Assembly (NCBI GenBank): GCA_048270185.1
Contig: JBLWTJ010000002.1
Coordinates: 448,001-512,000, forward strand
DNA: 64,000 nt
Reading direction: 5' to 3'
DNA from: Bacteriovoracaceae bacterium
Lineage (GTDB): Bacteria > Bdellovibrionota > Bacteriovoracia > Bacteriovoracales > Bacteriovoracaceae
Part shown: positions 28,540-39,614 of the stretch, in pieces
Position numbering within the stretch: position 1 is the stretch's first letter
Layout: each line of letters opens with the position of its first letter
Notes under the pieces: generated by a model
Told to the model about the DNA's origin: nothing
Database searches by the model: none
The model's input: the letters and a program-made list of their open reading frames with translations, nothing else
Position numbers and translations under genes: made by a program

Positions 28540-29469
28540 CTAATCAATAGGTACTATTGATACATCATTATTTTTGTAGCTTTTTAGTTCTTTGGGAATA
28601 ATTTTAAGAATAGTCTCTTCTAGGGCGTCAATAACCTTCTCCTTATGGAAAATTCTCCCATAAGCTATTGAAACTTCGCGTGTAGGTATTGGTGGCGCAA
28701 AAGAGCGTACCATTTTCTTTCTAATTCCATGAATATCGAGCATATCGAGATGTGGAATGATTGTGTAGCCACTATCTTTGGCAACGAGATTTTTAATTGT
28801 CTCTAGTGAACCGCTTTCGAAGTGATGGTAGCCCTTAACTTTCTTACAAAGATTTAGAACCTGGCCACGAAGACAGTGCCCTTCTTGAAGAAGCCATAGG
28901 CCATCTTTATCAAGGTCATCATACTCAAGCTGTTTCTTATTAAAGAGCTCATGGTCTTTTGAAACAAAACCATAGAGTGGTTCATAGAATAAAACTCTCT
29001 CAACAAGTTGATTATTATGTAATGGTGTTACAAGAAGTCCTGCATCAAGTTCATCGCGATCGAGCTTATCAATAATCTCTTCAGTTGTTCTCTCTTCAAT
29101 GATCAATTCTACTTTTGGAAATTCTTTAACGAAGCGACTTAGGAAAAGTGGAACGAGGTATGGAGCAAGAGTTGGAATAACACCGAGCTTGAACTCACCT
29201 TCAATTCCAACAATTGGATCACTTGCAATATCTTTTAATTTTTTAAACTCTTTATTTACGACACGAGCTTGGGCGATAAATGTTTCACCTTCAATTGTAG
29301 GTACAATTGGATTTTTCGATCGATCAAATATAACAAAACCAAGACTGTCTTCGAGCTTTTGTATTTGCATACTAAGAGTCGGCTGAGAAACATGACATTC
29401 TTCTGATGCTTTTCTAAAGTGTCGATGCTTATCAACGGCCAGTACGTATTCGAGTTGTGTAATGGTCAT
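28540..29469 (-). CDS. oxyR: OxyR-like LysR regulator
   Basis: LysR HTH; EGHCLRGQVLNLC keeps both redox cysteines; GSLETI. Confidence 0.78.
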   Translation of the reverse strand: MTITQLEYVLAVDKHRHFRKASEECHVSQPTLSMQIQKLEDSLGFVIFDRSKNPIVPTIEGETFIAQARVVNKEFKKLKDIASDPIVGIEGEFKLGVIPTLAPYLVPLFLSRFVKEFPKVELIIEERTTEEIIDKLDRDELDAGLLVTPLHNNQLVERVLFYEPLYGFVSKDHELFNKKQLEYDDLDKDGLWLLQEGHCLRGQVLNLCKKVKGYHHFESGSLETIKNLVAKDSGYTIIPHLDMLDIHGIRKKMVRSFAPPIPTREVSIAYGRIFHKEKVIDALEETILKIIPKELKSYKNNDVSIVPID

Positions 29470-29532
29470 ATTTCTTTCCCAAGCTTGATTTATAATATCT
29501 ATACTATATTATACTTCATAATCGGAGTCTAT

Positions 29533-30942
29533 ATGCAGAACAAAATCGACCTATACCAAAGTCTTACAACTTTGGACTTAATTATATTTTTCGCCATTCT
29601 CTTATTAACAATTGCAAGTGTAATCTACGGGCAATACCGAATGAATAAGACAAGTGAGAAAGAAACATTTCTCGACCTACTAATCATGGGGCGAAGACTT
29701 ACTCTTCCTCTATTCGTGGCAACACTTGTTGCAACTTGGTATGGGGGAATTTTTGGTGTAACAGAAATTGCATTTAACCAAGGAATTTATAATTTCGTTA
29801 CTCAAGGTGTTTTCTGGTATGTCGCTTATATTATATTTGCACTTTTCTTAATTAAAAAAATTGAACCATACAAAGCAGTTACTCTTCCAAACTTGGTCGA
29901 GAAAATGTTTGGACCTAAGTCAGCAAAACTTACGGCCATCTTTAACTTCTTCAACGTCATCCCAGTCGCCTATGCCATTAGTCTTGGAATCTTTTTACAA
30001 CTTATTTTTGGTGGTAGTTTATTATTTAATACTTCAATTGGTGTAACTTTTGTCGTTCTCTACTCAATGTGGGGAGGACTTCGTTCAGTAGTTTTTTCTG
30101 ACTTAATTCAATTCTTTGTCATGTGTATTGCTGTTGCTCTGGTTCTTGGATTTTCATACTTTGAATTTGGTGGCATTTCATTTCTCAAGGCAAATTTACC
30201 GGAGAGCTATTGGTCACTAACAGGGAAGAACTCTGTTGCCACAACATTTGTCTGGGGATTTATTGCTCTTTCAACTCTTGTAGATCCAAACTTTTACCAG
30301 CGCTGTTTTTCAGCAACAAGCTCTGCTGTTTCTAAAAAAGGTATTTTGATCTCAACCGCTATTTGGTTCTGTTTTGATATTTGCACAACCTTTGGAGCAA
30401 TGTATGCCAAGGCCGTTATCCCAGAAGCACAAAGTGGTCATGCTTACTTAACATATGCAATTCAAATTCTACCTGATGGATTAAGAGGATTTATGCTAGC
30501 AGGGATTATTGCAACCATTCTTTCAACTCTTGATTCATACCTCTTTATTGCTGGAACAAATCTCGCTTATGACCTTGCACCAAGGAAATTCAAAGGAAAA
30601 ATATGGGTTCACCACTTTGGTGTTATCTTCGTTGCCATTTTAACCGTAATTATGTCTGAATATTTTCAAGGTAATATCAAGGCCGTTTGGAAGACTCTGG
30701 GTTCTTTTTCCGCATCGTGTCTATTACTTCCAGTGCTTTATGGCTATGTCTTCCCTAAGAGAATCTCAGACATGCAATTCGTAACAGCCTGTTTAATGGG
30801 GGTTGTGACAACTGCAACATGGCGTCATATTCCCAAGCAAGGCTTCTACAATAATATTGATGAACTTTACATCGGGATTATCGCTACGAGTCTAACACTA
30901 TTTCTGTACCACCTAATTAGGGATAAAAAAGTAGTCGGATAA
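29533..30942 (+). CDS. sodium:solute symporter family protein
   Basis: Many TM helices; ATLVATWYGG; GGLRSVVFSD; STLDS; start moved to ATG 29533. Confidence 0.85.
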   Translation: MQNKIDLYQSLTTLDLIIFFAILLLTIASVIYGQYRMNKTSEKETFLDLLIMGRRLTLPLFVATLVATWYGGIFGVTEIAFNQGIYNFVTQGVFWYVAYIIFALFLIKKIEPYKAVTLPNLVEKMFGPKSAKLTAIFNFFNVIPVAYAISLGIFLQLIFGGSLLFNTSIGVTFVVLYSMWGGLRSVVFSDLIQFFVMCIAVALVLGFSYFEFGGISFLKANLPESYWSLTGKNSVATTFVWGFIALSTLVDPNFYQRCFSATSSAVSKKGILISTAIWFCFDICTTFGAMYAKAVIPEAQSGHAYLTYAIQILPDGLRGFMLAGIIATILSTLDSYLFIAGTNLAYDLAPRKFKGKIWVHHFGVIFVAILTVIMSEYFQGNIKAVWKTLGSFSASCLLLPVLYGYVFPKRISDMQFVTACLMGVVTTATWRHIPKQGFYNNIDELYIGIIATSLTLFLYHLIRDKKVVG

Positions 30943-31003
30943 GGGGCGAAAAGTGTATGCTTAGTGCTTAATTTCATAGGGATTTTAAGCCAAAGGATTA
31001 CAT

Positions 31004-33343
31004 ATGTCTGATTCAAAAAAAATCGAAGACAAGTCTCACGCAGACAAGCAAAAAATTGAAAAAGCACTTAACTACCACTCAATGGGTCGCCCAGGAAAAA
31101 TCGAAGTTATCGCAACTAAGCCTTGCTTAACAGCTTCTGATTTAACGAAAGCATATTCACCAGGTGTTGCCCACCCATGTTTAGAGATCGCAAAGAACCC
31201 TGAAGATGTTTACAAATACACAGCGAAAGGAAACTTAGTTGGTGTTGTATCTAACGGTTCAGCTGTTCTAGGACTAGGAAATATCGGTCCAGCTGCAGGA
31301 AAGCCTGTTATGGAAGGAAAAGGTATTCTCTTTAAGCGTTTCGCTGATATTGATGTTTTTGACATTGAAGTTGATGAGTCAACTGTTGATGGAATGGTAA
31401 ACGTTGTAAAAGCTCTTGAGCCTACTTTTGGTGGGATCAATCTTGAAGATATTAAAGCACCAGAGTGTTTTGAAATCGAAAAGCAACTAATCGAGAAGAT
31501 GGATATTCCTGTTTTTCACGATGACCAACACGGTACTGCCATTATCGCTGCCGCAGGATTTATCAATGCTCTCGAAATTTCTAAAAAGAAAATTGATAAG
31601 GTAAAAGTTGTCTTCTCAGGAGCTGGTGCAGCCTCGATGGCATGTGCAAAGCTATTCTTCCACCTGGGAGTTAAGAGAGATAATCTACTAATGACAGACT
31701 CTCGCGGAGTTATTTATAAAGGCCGTGAAAGCGGAATGAATGAATATAAAGAAGAGTTCGCAGTTGAGACAAAAGCCAGAACTCTTGGAGATGCAATGGT
31801 TGATGCTGACGTATTCATCGGTTGTTCTGCAAAGGGTGTTCTTACAAAAGAAATGGTTAAGACAATGGCAAAGAGTCCAATTATCTTTGCCATGGCAAAC
31901 CCGGATCCAGAAATTCTTCCAAGTGAAGTAGAAGAAGTACGTGATGATGCAATTATGGCAACAGGACGTTCTGACTTCCCTAACCAAGTTAACAACGTTC
32001 TAGGATTCCCTTCGATCTTTAGAGGGGCCCTTGATGTTCGCGCTCGTAAAATCAATGAAGAAATGAAACTTGCAGCTGTTTACGCTCTTGCTGATCTTGC
32101 TAAAGAAGAAGTTCCAGATGAAGTTAAACTTGCATATCAAGGTGAAGATTTTAAATTTGGACGCAACTATATTATTCCAAAGCCATTTGATACTCGAGTA
32201 CTAACAAAGCTTGCTCCAGCGGTAGCAAAAGCTGCAATGGATACAGGAGTTGCACGTAGCCAAATCACTGACCTACACGAGTATGCCGAACACTTAGGAA
32301 GTCGTCTTTCATCTTCAGGTGCTTTCATGAAAACGGTTAGAGATCGTCTAGCCGCTCATATTAAGCGTACTGGTGAAAAAGTAAGAATGGTATTTGCAGA
32401 AGGTGTAAATACGAGAATTCTACACGTTGTAAAAACTCTACTTGATGGAAACGCTATTGAGCCTATTCTTCTTGGGCACCCAGTTGATATTAAAGCAAAG
32501 ATTAAGTCACTTGGCTTTGAAGAGTTCCTTGATGGAAAAGTTGAAATAATCCGTCCAAGAAAGGCCGCTAATTTTAAAGAATTCTATACAGAATATTGTG
32601 AGATGAAACAACGTGAAGGTGTTTCAATTGCAGCTGCTGAAGATATGATGATTCAAGAAAATTTCTATGGATCAATGATGGTTAAGAAAGGTCTTGCTGA
32701 TACATTCATTGCTGGTCCTTCTCTAAACTACAGTGACTGTCTTTCACCAATTCTTAAAGTAATTGGTTCAAAACCAGGAATGAAAGCTGCTGGTGTTTTT
32801 ATCTTAGTATTTAAGGACCGAGTTCTCTTCCTTGCTGATACAACAGTTCAACCTGATCCAACAGCAGAAGATCTAGCAGAAATCGCTAACTCGACTGCAG
32901 AGCTTTATAAATCACTAATGAAGAGAGAGCCAAGAATTGCTTTCTTAAGTTATTCAAACTTTGGTGATTCAAAACTAGCTGATGCAAAGAAAATGAAGAA
33001 TGCAACAAAGCTTGCAAAAGAAAAATATCCTGAATTAAATGTAGATGGTGAAATGCAAGCTGATGTAGCTGTCAATGATGGTATTATGAAAAATCTATTT
33101 GGCTTCTCTGAATTAAATGGATCAGCAGATATCCTAATTTTCCCAGAGCTAAACTCTGCTAATATCTCATATAAGTTACTTGCTCAATTAAGTGAAGCTT
33201 CGGCAATTGGACCAATCCTAATTCCACTTAATAAGCCAGTAAATATCATTCAAAGAACTGCTTCAATCAAAGAAATCGTTGACTCTTGTCGCCTAACGGC
33301 CCTTAGAGCTCTTGAAGATAAAGTAAAAAGAGAGGACGTATAA
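31004..33343 (+). CDS. maeB: NADP-dependent malic enzyme with PTA-like domain
   Basis: [29 protein letters not shown]-terminal VDGEMQAD. Confidence 0.95.
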   Translation: MSDSKKIEDKSHADKQKIEKALNYHSMGRPGKIEVIATKPCLTASDLTKAYSPGVAHPCLEIAKNPEDVYKYTAKGNLVGVVSNGSAVLGLGNIGPAAGKPVMEGKGILFKRFADIDVFDIEVDESTVDGMVNVVKALEPTFGGINLEDIKAPECFEIEKQLIEKMDIPVFHDDQHGTAIIAAAGFINALEISKKKIDKVKVVFSGAGAASMACAKLFFHLGVKRDNLLMTDSRGVIYKGRESGMNEYKEEFAVETKARTLGDAMVDADVFIGCSAKGVLTKEMVKTMAKSPIIFAMANPDPEILPSEVEEVRDDAIMATGRSDFPNQVNNVLGFPSIFRGALDVRARKINEEMKLAAVYALADLAKEEVPDEVKLAYQGEDFKFGRNYIIPKPFDTRVLTKLAPAVAKAAMDTGVARSQITDLHEYAEHLGSRLSSSGAFMKTVRDRLAAHIKRTGEKVRMVFAEGVNTRILHVVKTLLDGNAIEPILLGHPVDIKAKIKSLGFEEFLDGKVEIIRPRKAANFKEFYTEYCEMKQREGVSIAAAEDMMIQENFYGSMMVKKGLADTFIAGPSLNYSDCLSPILKVIGSKPGMKAAGVFILVFKDRVLFLADTTVQPDPTAEDLAEIANSTAELYKSLMKREPRIAFLSYSNFGDSKLADAKKMKNATKLAKEKYPELNVDGEMQADVAVNDGIMKNLFGFSELNGSADILIFPELNSANISYKLLAQLSEASAIGPILIPLNKPVNIIQRTASIKEIVDSCRLTALRALEDKVKREDV

Positions 33344-33729
33344 TGACTTTTCAAAAAAATATTATCTCAACAGATAAAGCACCAAGTGCAGTAGGAACTT
33401 ACTCTCAAGGAGTTGAGTACAATGGGACGTATTTCTTCTCTGGTCAGATTGGGATCGACCCAGCAACGAGTGAGTTAAAAGAAGGATTTGTTCCTCAACT
33501 AGATCAAATTATGAAGAATATTGATGGGCTACTTGAGTCACAAAACTTAACTCGTGAGCACATCATCAAAACTTCAATTTTCGTAACTGATCTTGCAAAC
33601 TTTGGTGAAGTTAATATTGCTTATGAAAATTTCTTCACAGCACCTTACCCTGCAAGAAGCTGTGTACAAGTACCAGCTCTACCAAAAGGTGCCGTTGTAG
33701 AAATCGAAGTAATTGCAGCTAAAAATTAA
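33343..33729 (+). CDS. RidA/YjgF family deaminase
   Basis: APSAVGTYSQ, SGQIG, PARSCVQVPALPKG. Confidence 0.92.
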   Translation: MTFQKNIISTDKAPSAVGTYSQGVEYNGTYFFSGQIGIDPATSELKEGFVPQLDQIMKNIDGLLESQNLTREHIIKTSIFVTDLANFGEVNIAYENFFTAPYPARSCVQVPALPKGAVVEIEVIAAKN

Positions 33730-33731
33730 TT

Positions 33732-34370
33732 ATGTTCGATAGAAAGTACGTTTTTGAAACGAAACAGACGAGAGCTTGGAGAAAAGCGGTTGCGCTTTTC
33801 TCTAAGTTTCTCTTCTTCTTTCTAGGCTACTCTCTTCTGTCTTATATTCTTATTCTTTATTCTCAAAACGAGAACGTAAAAACAAAAGAAACATTTTACA
33901 AGAAAAGACCTGATATTATTGTTGTCTTCACAGGAGATAGAGGACGTATTCAAGAGGCCATCGGTCTTGCTAAAGAGTATAGCCAAGAAAATATTCTCAT
34001 CTCTGGAGTTCACAGCAAGAATAGTGTAAACACGCTTGTTCAATCTCATCAAATTTCAGATGAGATCAATCACGACTTTCTCGATATTGACTACAATGCT
34101 CGAAATACTTACGAAAATGTCCTTGAAACACTTCAGGCCCTGCGTAAGAAGAATGGAATTGAAACTGTCCTTATCGTTTCTCACGACTATCATATTCTGA
34201 GGATCAAATCGATTCTCAATAGCCGACGTCGCAAGAGTGACCATTACCAATTTTACTTTTGGGGTGTGAAGTCTCCACTGACTTCCATCAGAAGTCTTAA
34301 AATTATCTACAAAGAAGTATTTAAATACTTCAGAACTTTAACTTACCTAGCTCTAGCTAGTAAGGATTAA
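33732..34370 (+). CDS. YdcF/DUF218 family membrane protein
   Basis: VVFTG..GRI, ISG, ARNTYEN, VSHDYHILR. Confidence 0.8.
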   Translation: MFDRKYVFETKQTRAWRKAVALFSKFLFFFLGYSLLSYILILYSQNENVKTKETFYKKRPDIIVVFTGDRGRIQEAIGLAKEYSQENILISGVHSKNSVNTLVQSHQISDEINHDFLDIDYNARNTYENVLETLQALRKKNGIETVLIVSHDYHILRIKSILNSRRRKSDHYQFYFWGVKSPLTSIRSLKIIYKEVFKYFRTLTYLALASKD

Positions 34371-34391
34371 AATATCCATACAGGAGGAATA

Positions 34392-35843
34392 ATGAATATC
34401 GTTCCATCGATTATGGCGAATACAAAAAGCGCCGCAAAAAATCTACGTTCAACAACAACTAAGATTTACCTTTTAACTAATGAAGCTTTAAAAGATAGTA
34501 AAATTACTCACTCTGAGAATATTCCAGAGTGGATCATTAAAAGAATTGGTGAAGAGAAAGAAGTTAGTATTCTAGGAAATGAAGGACCAATTATCTTTAA
34601 GGTAATTGAAACTGCTGTTGAAGACCAGCACTATAATTTAATCTCAGATAGTAACTATGCTATTGCTAGAGAAGCACTTGGTAGCCTAGCTCCTGCAATA
34701 AAAGCTGAACGTTCAAAAAAGGTTGAAGTTTCATTCTATGGACTTGATAAAGAAGCTGTTTCAGGTGCCATTATTGGACTTGAGCTAGCTCTTTATAGCT
34801 ATAAAGAGGAATTAGTTCACGGTGCTATCTCTTTCTCTCAAGATGGTAAGAAAGTGACAAAGTCAGCTCTTGATGCTGCTCTAAATACGGCTCAAGGAAT
34901 TAACACTGCAAGGCACTTAGTAAACCTTCCGGCAAACTTCTTAAATCCTGTGACTTATGCAAATGCTGTTAAGAAATATTTTGCAAAGTCGACAACAATG
35001 AAAGTAAGCATTTACGATGAAAAGAAATTAGAGAAGGAAAAGTGCGGACTTATCCTATCTGTCGGGCAAGCCTCTGATACTCCTCCAAGAATCGTTCATC
35101 TAAAATATCGCCCAATTGGTGCCACAGGAAAACCGACGGCCATCGTAGGAAAGGGTATTACCTTTGACTGTGGTGGACTAAATATCAAAGGCGGTGCAGG
35201 AATGGCCGTCATGAAAAAAGATATGGGTGGTTCTGCAACGGTAATGGGATTTGCAACTTGGCTTGAAAAATCAGGTATTAAGAAGAAGGTTGATCTCTAT
35301 CTTGCGCTTGCAGAAAATAGCATTAGTTCAAATGCATCTCGTCCAGGAGATATCTATACATCAAGAAACGGATTATCAGTTGAAATTGGAAATACTGATG
35401 CAGAAGGAAGACTAGCACTTGCAGATGCCATCGATATTGCAATTACGCAAAAAGAAAAACCAGAAGTTCTCATCGATTTTGCAACTCTAACAGGTGCTGC
35501 AAAAGTCTCAATGGGAGATCATGTAACAAGTATGTTCTCAAATGATGATGAACTTGCTGATAAACTCTTAAAAGCATCTCAAGCAAATGGAGACCTATCT
35601 TGGAGAATGCCTCTGTATCAACCATACTTTAAAGGGTTTGATTCAAAATTCGCCGATATGAATAATATGTCAGTTGTTAAAGGTGGATCAATTGGAGCAG
35701 CTCTCTTCCTCGAAAAATTCGTAGGTGACACAAAGTGGGCACACTTTGATATCTTTGGTTGGACAAGTGGCTTTAGACCTTCACTTCTACAAGAAGGTGG
35801 ATCAGGTCAAGGTGTTGAAACTTTAATTGGATACTTTAAGTAA
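34392..35843 (+). CDS. M17 leucyl aminopeptidase
   Basis: VGKGITFDCGG, MKKDMGG, NTDAEGRL, ATLTGA. Confidence 0.93.
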   Translation: MNIVPSIMANTKSAAKNLRSTTTKIYLLTNEALKDSKITHSENIPEWIIKRIGEEKEVSILGNEGPIIFKVIETAVEDQHYNLISDSNYAIAREALGSLAPAIKAERSKKVEVSFYGLDKEAVSGAIIGLELALYSYKEELVHGAISFSQDGKKVTKSALDAALNTAQGINTARHLVNLPANFLNPVTYANAVKKYFAKSTTMKVSIYDEKKLEKEKCGLILSVGQASDTPPRIVHLKYRPIGATGKPTAIVGKGITFDCGGLNIKGGAGMAVMKKDMGGSATVMGFATWLEKSGIKKKVDLYLALAENSISSNASRPGDIYTSRNGLSVEIGNTDAEGRLALADAIDIAITQKEKPEVLIDFATLTGAAKVSMGDHVTSMFSNDDELADKLLKASQANGDLSWRMPLYQPYFKGFDSKFADMNNMSVVKGGSIGAALFLEKFVGDTKWAHFDIFGWTSGFRPSLLQEGGSGQGVETLIGYFK

Positions 35844-35851
35844 GAAAATAT

Positions 35852-35880
35852 AAAAGCAGGCATAAAGCCTGCTTTTTTTT
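35852..35880. terminator. bidirectional terminator
   Basis: AAAAGCAGGC-ATAAA-GCCTGCTTTTTTTT. Confidence 0.8.
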
Positions 35881-35888
35881 GAAAGGGG

Positions 35889-38075
35889 TTATCCCCTTGT
35901 AACTGAAATAACAGAGTCTAAGGCCTCTAAACCAGAGATCGTCTTTAGAAGTTCAGAATAGTCCTTCACTTCAATTTCAAAGATTAGACTACCCTTACGA
36001 TCTTGAGTTGATCTTGCAACCGCAGAACGGATATTAACCCCTAGGTTTCCAAGTTCTTTTGAAATCATCGAAAGAATACCTGGGCGATCATGAGTTAGAA
36101 CACGAATATTTACCGGATGCTTAAAGCTGAAGTTTTCATTCCACTCAACTGTGATCTGTCTTCCAACATCACCAATATCATAGCGAGTACAGTCTGAGCG
36201 GTGAATAGTAATCCCACGTCCACGAGTAATGTAACCAATAATTGGATCCCCTGGAATTGGATTACAACAACGGGCCATTCGAACCATTAAGTCATCAAGG
36301 CCATCGACGATAACGGCATTGTCTTTGTGAGCACGCTTCTTCGCTGTCTTTGAAATTGTAGAAGAAAGAGAGTGAATTTCTTTTTTCTTCTCTTCATCAA
36401 CATCTTCTTGCTTAAGACCTGGTATACATTCAATAACTTTATCAACATGTAATTTACCCGCACCAATATTATTGTAAATCTCACTGAAAGTTTTAATATT
36501 AGTAAGCTTCTCTTTTGCTTGTTCGAGATCGTTGCGTTTAAGAACTGCTTTTAAAGTCGTCCCAAGAACCTTGAATGCCTTATCAAGAGTTTCTTTACCA
36601 ACTTCAATATTGCGCTCTCTCTCTGCTTTAAGAAGCCAAGACTTAATCTTTGCTTTTGCCTTTGAAGACTTAACAATATTAAGCCAATCTTTATTTGGTG
36701 TTTGAGTTTTACTAGTCAGGATTTCAATTGTGTCCCCTGAGCGAAGAACGTACTTAAGTGGTACCATTCTTCCATTAACTTTTGATCCCACACAACGGTG
36801 TCCGATATCAGTATGAACACGATAAGCAAAATCGAGAGGAGTTGAGTTGTCTTGAAGTTCAAAAACATCTCCGTTTGGTGTGAAGACGAAAACTCCCCCA
36901 ACATCTAGATCGTTTTTAACGTGAGACATGAACTCAGTACTATTATCTGTATCTTTATTGTACTCAAGAAGCTCTTGTACCCAATCAAGTTTTGTCTTAC
37001 CTGAAGACATCCCTTCCTTATATTTCCAGTGGGCCGCAATCCCTCGCTCAGCGACTTCATGCATCTCTTGAGTACGAATCTGAATTTCAATTCTTTCAGC
37101 TTTAGGTCCAACAACAGTCGTGTGTAGTGACTGATAGTTGTTAACCTTAGGAATCGCGATATAGTCTTTAAAGCGACCTGGAATTGGAGTGAAGGCCGAG
37201 TGAATAACTCCTAGGGCCTTATAACATTCTGTAATATTATTTACGATAATTCTAAAAGCAAGAATGTCGTGGATTTGATCGAAGTCAACACCTCGAGAAA
37301 CCATTTTCTTGTAAATTGAATAGAAGTGTTTAGATCGACCAGTAATATCTGCTTTCACAGAGTATTCAAAAAGCTTTTCGATGATAACACCAATTGTATC
37401 ACCAATATAAACTTCACGATCAGATTTCTTCATCGCAACTTTTTCAGCTAAACGATAGTAAACATCTGGGTGAAGATAGCGAAGACAAATATCTTCAAGC
37501 TCAATCTTAACAGAGTTAATACCCAGTCGAGATGCTAAAGGTACGTAGATATCAAGTGTCTCTTCTGCAATTCTCTTTTGCTTCTCTTCGCGCATATACT
37601 GAAGAGTTTTCATATTATGCATACGATCAGCAAGCTTTACAATAATAACTCGAAGATCCTGTGCCATGGCCACAACCATCTTACGGAAGTTTTCCGCCTG
37701 TGATTGTTCCTTTGACTTAAACTTCATCTTAGAGATTTTTGTCAATCCAACAACGATTTGTGCAATTTCAGTTGTAAACTCTTTTTCAATCTCTTCTGGA
37801 GTGACATTACAGTCTTCCACAACATCGTGTAAAAGACCCGCGATGATAGTATCAAGATCCATGTGAAGCTTTACAAGTGTCGCTGCTACGTTTAATGGGT
37901 GAATGATATACTTTTCACCAGAGCTTCTCATTTGCCCTTCGTGAGACTTTTCAGCGAAGAGATAAGCTTTTCTTAGAAGAGTAAAATTCGCGTCTGGATA
38001 ATAAGTTTCAACGCGTCGGCATAATTCATCAATGTTTAATTCACGCTCATGGGCGAAGTCTAGTTGCTGGTACAT
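35889..38075 (-). CDS. spoT: bifunctional (p)ppGpp synthetase/hydrolase RelA/SpoT
   Basis: HD motif LLHDVVED, KLADRMHNM, YQSLHT, AAHWKYK, TGS, CCNP, ACT. Confidence 0.93.
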   Translation of the reverse strand: MYQQLDFAHERELNIDELCRRVETYYPDANFTLLRKAYLFAEKSHEGQMRSSGEKYIIHPLNVAATLVKLHMDLDTIIAGLLHDVVEDCNVTPEEIEKEFTTEIAQIVVGLTKISKMKFKSKEQSQAENFRKMVVAMAQDLRVIIVKLADRMHNMKTLQYMREEKQKRIAEETLDIYVPLASRLGINSVKIELEDICLRYLHPDVYYRLAEKVAMKKSDREVYIGDTIGVIIEKLFEYSVKADITGRSKHFYSIYKKMVSRGVDFDQIHDILAFRIIVNNITECYKALGVIHSAFTPIPGRFKDYIAIPKVNNYQSLHTTVVGPKAERIEIQIRTQEMHEVAERGIAAHWKYKEGMSSGKTKLDWVQELLEYNKDTDNSTEFMSHVKNDLDVGGVFVFTPNGDVFELQDNSTPLDFAYRVHTDIGHRCVGSKVNGRMVPLKYVLRSGDTIEILTSKTQTPNKDWLNIVKSSKAKAKIKSWLLKAERERNIEVGKETLDKAFKVLGTTLKAVLKRNDLEQAKEKLTNIKTFSEIYNNIGAGKLHVDKVIECIPGLKQEDVDEEKKKEIHSLSSTISKTAKKRAHKDNAVIVDGLDDLMVRMARCCNPIPGDPIIGYITRGRGITIHRSDCTRYDIGDVGRQITVEWNENFSFKHPVNIRVLTHDRPGILSMISKELGNLGVNIRSAVARSTQDRKGSLIFEIEVKDYSELLKTISGLEALDSVISVTRG

Positions 38076-38641
38076 TAGTTCCTTAAGATTCCTTCAAAAA
38101 TATCACTAAGATCAGTATAAGCTTTTTCAAGATCATCGTTAACAACAAGATAGTCGTAATCATCTTTGCGCTTTAATTCGCGGCGAGCATTATCTAATCT
38201 AATATTTAAACTTTCATCCGTTTCAGTTCCACGGCCACGTAGTCTCGACTCTAGTGCCTCAACACTTGGAGGAGCAATAAAAATTACGCGGGCACGATCA
38301 CCAAAGTATTCTTTAAATGAGTCTGTCCCTTGTACGTCGAGATCGAAAAGAAGATTATGTCCTTTTGAAATCTCATCTTCAACGAAGTTCTTTGAAGTAC
38401 CGTAGTAATTCCCGTGAACTTTTGCCCACTCAAGGAATTCATCATTTTCTTTTCTCTTTAAAAACTCATCTTCGCTAATAAAGTTATAGTGAACTCCATT
38501 CACTTCCCCCTCACGAGCTGCTCTTGTGGTAAAAGACACAGACTCTAACAGGTCTTGGAATTCATTTTTAATTCTCTTAATAAGAGTTGATTTTCCAGAC
38601 CCTGAAGGTGCGACGATGACAATTATTTTTCCGTTACTCAT
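38075..38641 (-). CDS. gmk: guanylate kinase
   Basis: APSGSGKST, SFTTRAAREGE, YYGT. Confidence 0.95.
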   Translation of the reverse strand: MSNGKIIVIVAPSGSGKSTLIKRIKNEFQDLLESVSFTTRAAREGEVNGVHYNFISEDEFLKRKENDEFLEWAKVHGNYYGTSKNFVEDEISKGHNLLFDLDVQGTDSFKEYFGDRARVIFIAPPSVEALESRLRGRGTETDESLNIRLDNARRELKRKDDYDYLVVNDDLEKAYTDLSDIFEGILRN

Positions 38642-38644
38642 AAT

Positions 38645-39526
38645 TTACTCGAGGTTTAAACCTTGCTCTCTAATCTTTTCTAGTTGAACTTTCATCTGAA
38701 CAACAGCTTCAGAAATTTCTTGCAGAGTTGACTTCGACCCAGTTGTATTCGTTTCACGATTTAATTCTTGGATAAGAAAATCGATCTGGCGACCAACTTC
38801 TCCTCCATTTGAGATTAAATTATTCAATTTTGATAAGTGAGCGTTAATTCGATTAATTTCTTCGTGAATGTCCATCTTCTCTAAATAGAAGATTACCTCT
38901 TGCATGAAGCGTGGTTCATCTGAAGGAATAACTGTTTTAAATTCTTCAAATTTCTTCTCAAGTCTTTCTTTTATAGCAGATTGAAATTCATCTGACTTCG
39001 AAGTAATAATAGCAAATTGTTCTTCATAAGATTCTTGGTGTTTTTTAATTACTTGAATTAGCTTTTCGCCTTCACCTTTTCTTGAACCTTTAAGATCTTC
39101 AATTGCACCGGCCATTGCTTCAAGAGCAAATGATCCCATTTGCTCAATTGAAGATTCATCAATTTCTTTCATGAATTCATTTCTTAAAAAATCAGTTGGC
39201 TTAATATCGAGAGTTACATTATTAGCATCGGCCATTACTTTCATTGAAGAAATAAAAGCACTAACCTTTTCAGTATCCATATCTTCGAAACGGGATTTTG
39301 ATTCTAGTCTTTTGTAATTTACATTAATATCAAAGCTTCCTCGCTTAAAGTTCTTATTGATAAGATTTCTCATATCAAGTTCGATACTATTAAACAGTGA
39401 AGACATCTTGAATCTAATGTCCTTGAATCGGTGATTCACAGTCTTAATTTCGACTGTTACTTGTAGTTTTTCATTACCGGCTTCGGACTTTCCAAAACCT
39501 GTCATCGAATATATTTCTTTGGCCAT
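38645..39526 (-). CDS. yicC: YicC/YloC family endoribonuclease
   Basis: SMTGFG, VNHRF, GRQIDFLIQELNRETNT, IREQ..NLE. Confidence 0.92.
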   Translation of the reverse strand: MAKEIYSMTGFGKSEAGNEKLQVTVEIKTVNHRFKDIRFKMSSLFNSIELDMRNLINKNFKRGSFDINVNYKRLESKSRFEDMDTEKVSAFISSMKVMADANNVTLDIKPTDFLRNEFMKEIDESSIEQMGSFALEAMAGAIEDLKGSRKGEGEKLIQVIKKHQESYEEQFAIITSKSDEFQSAIKERLEKKFEEFKTVIPSDEPRFMQEVIFYLEKMDIHEEINRINAHLSKLNNLISNGGEVGRQIDFLIQELNRETNTTGSKSTLQEISEAVVQMKVQLEKIREQGLNLE

Positions 39527-39614
39527 TTACTCTCCCAATTAATGACTTTTTTATCCTAATTAAATGACCTTATCAACCGCTTGGGCCTTATAATATTAAA
39601 TATTTAATGCTCTT

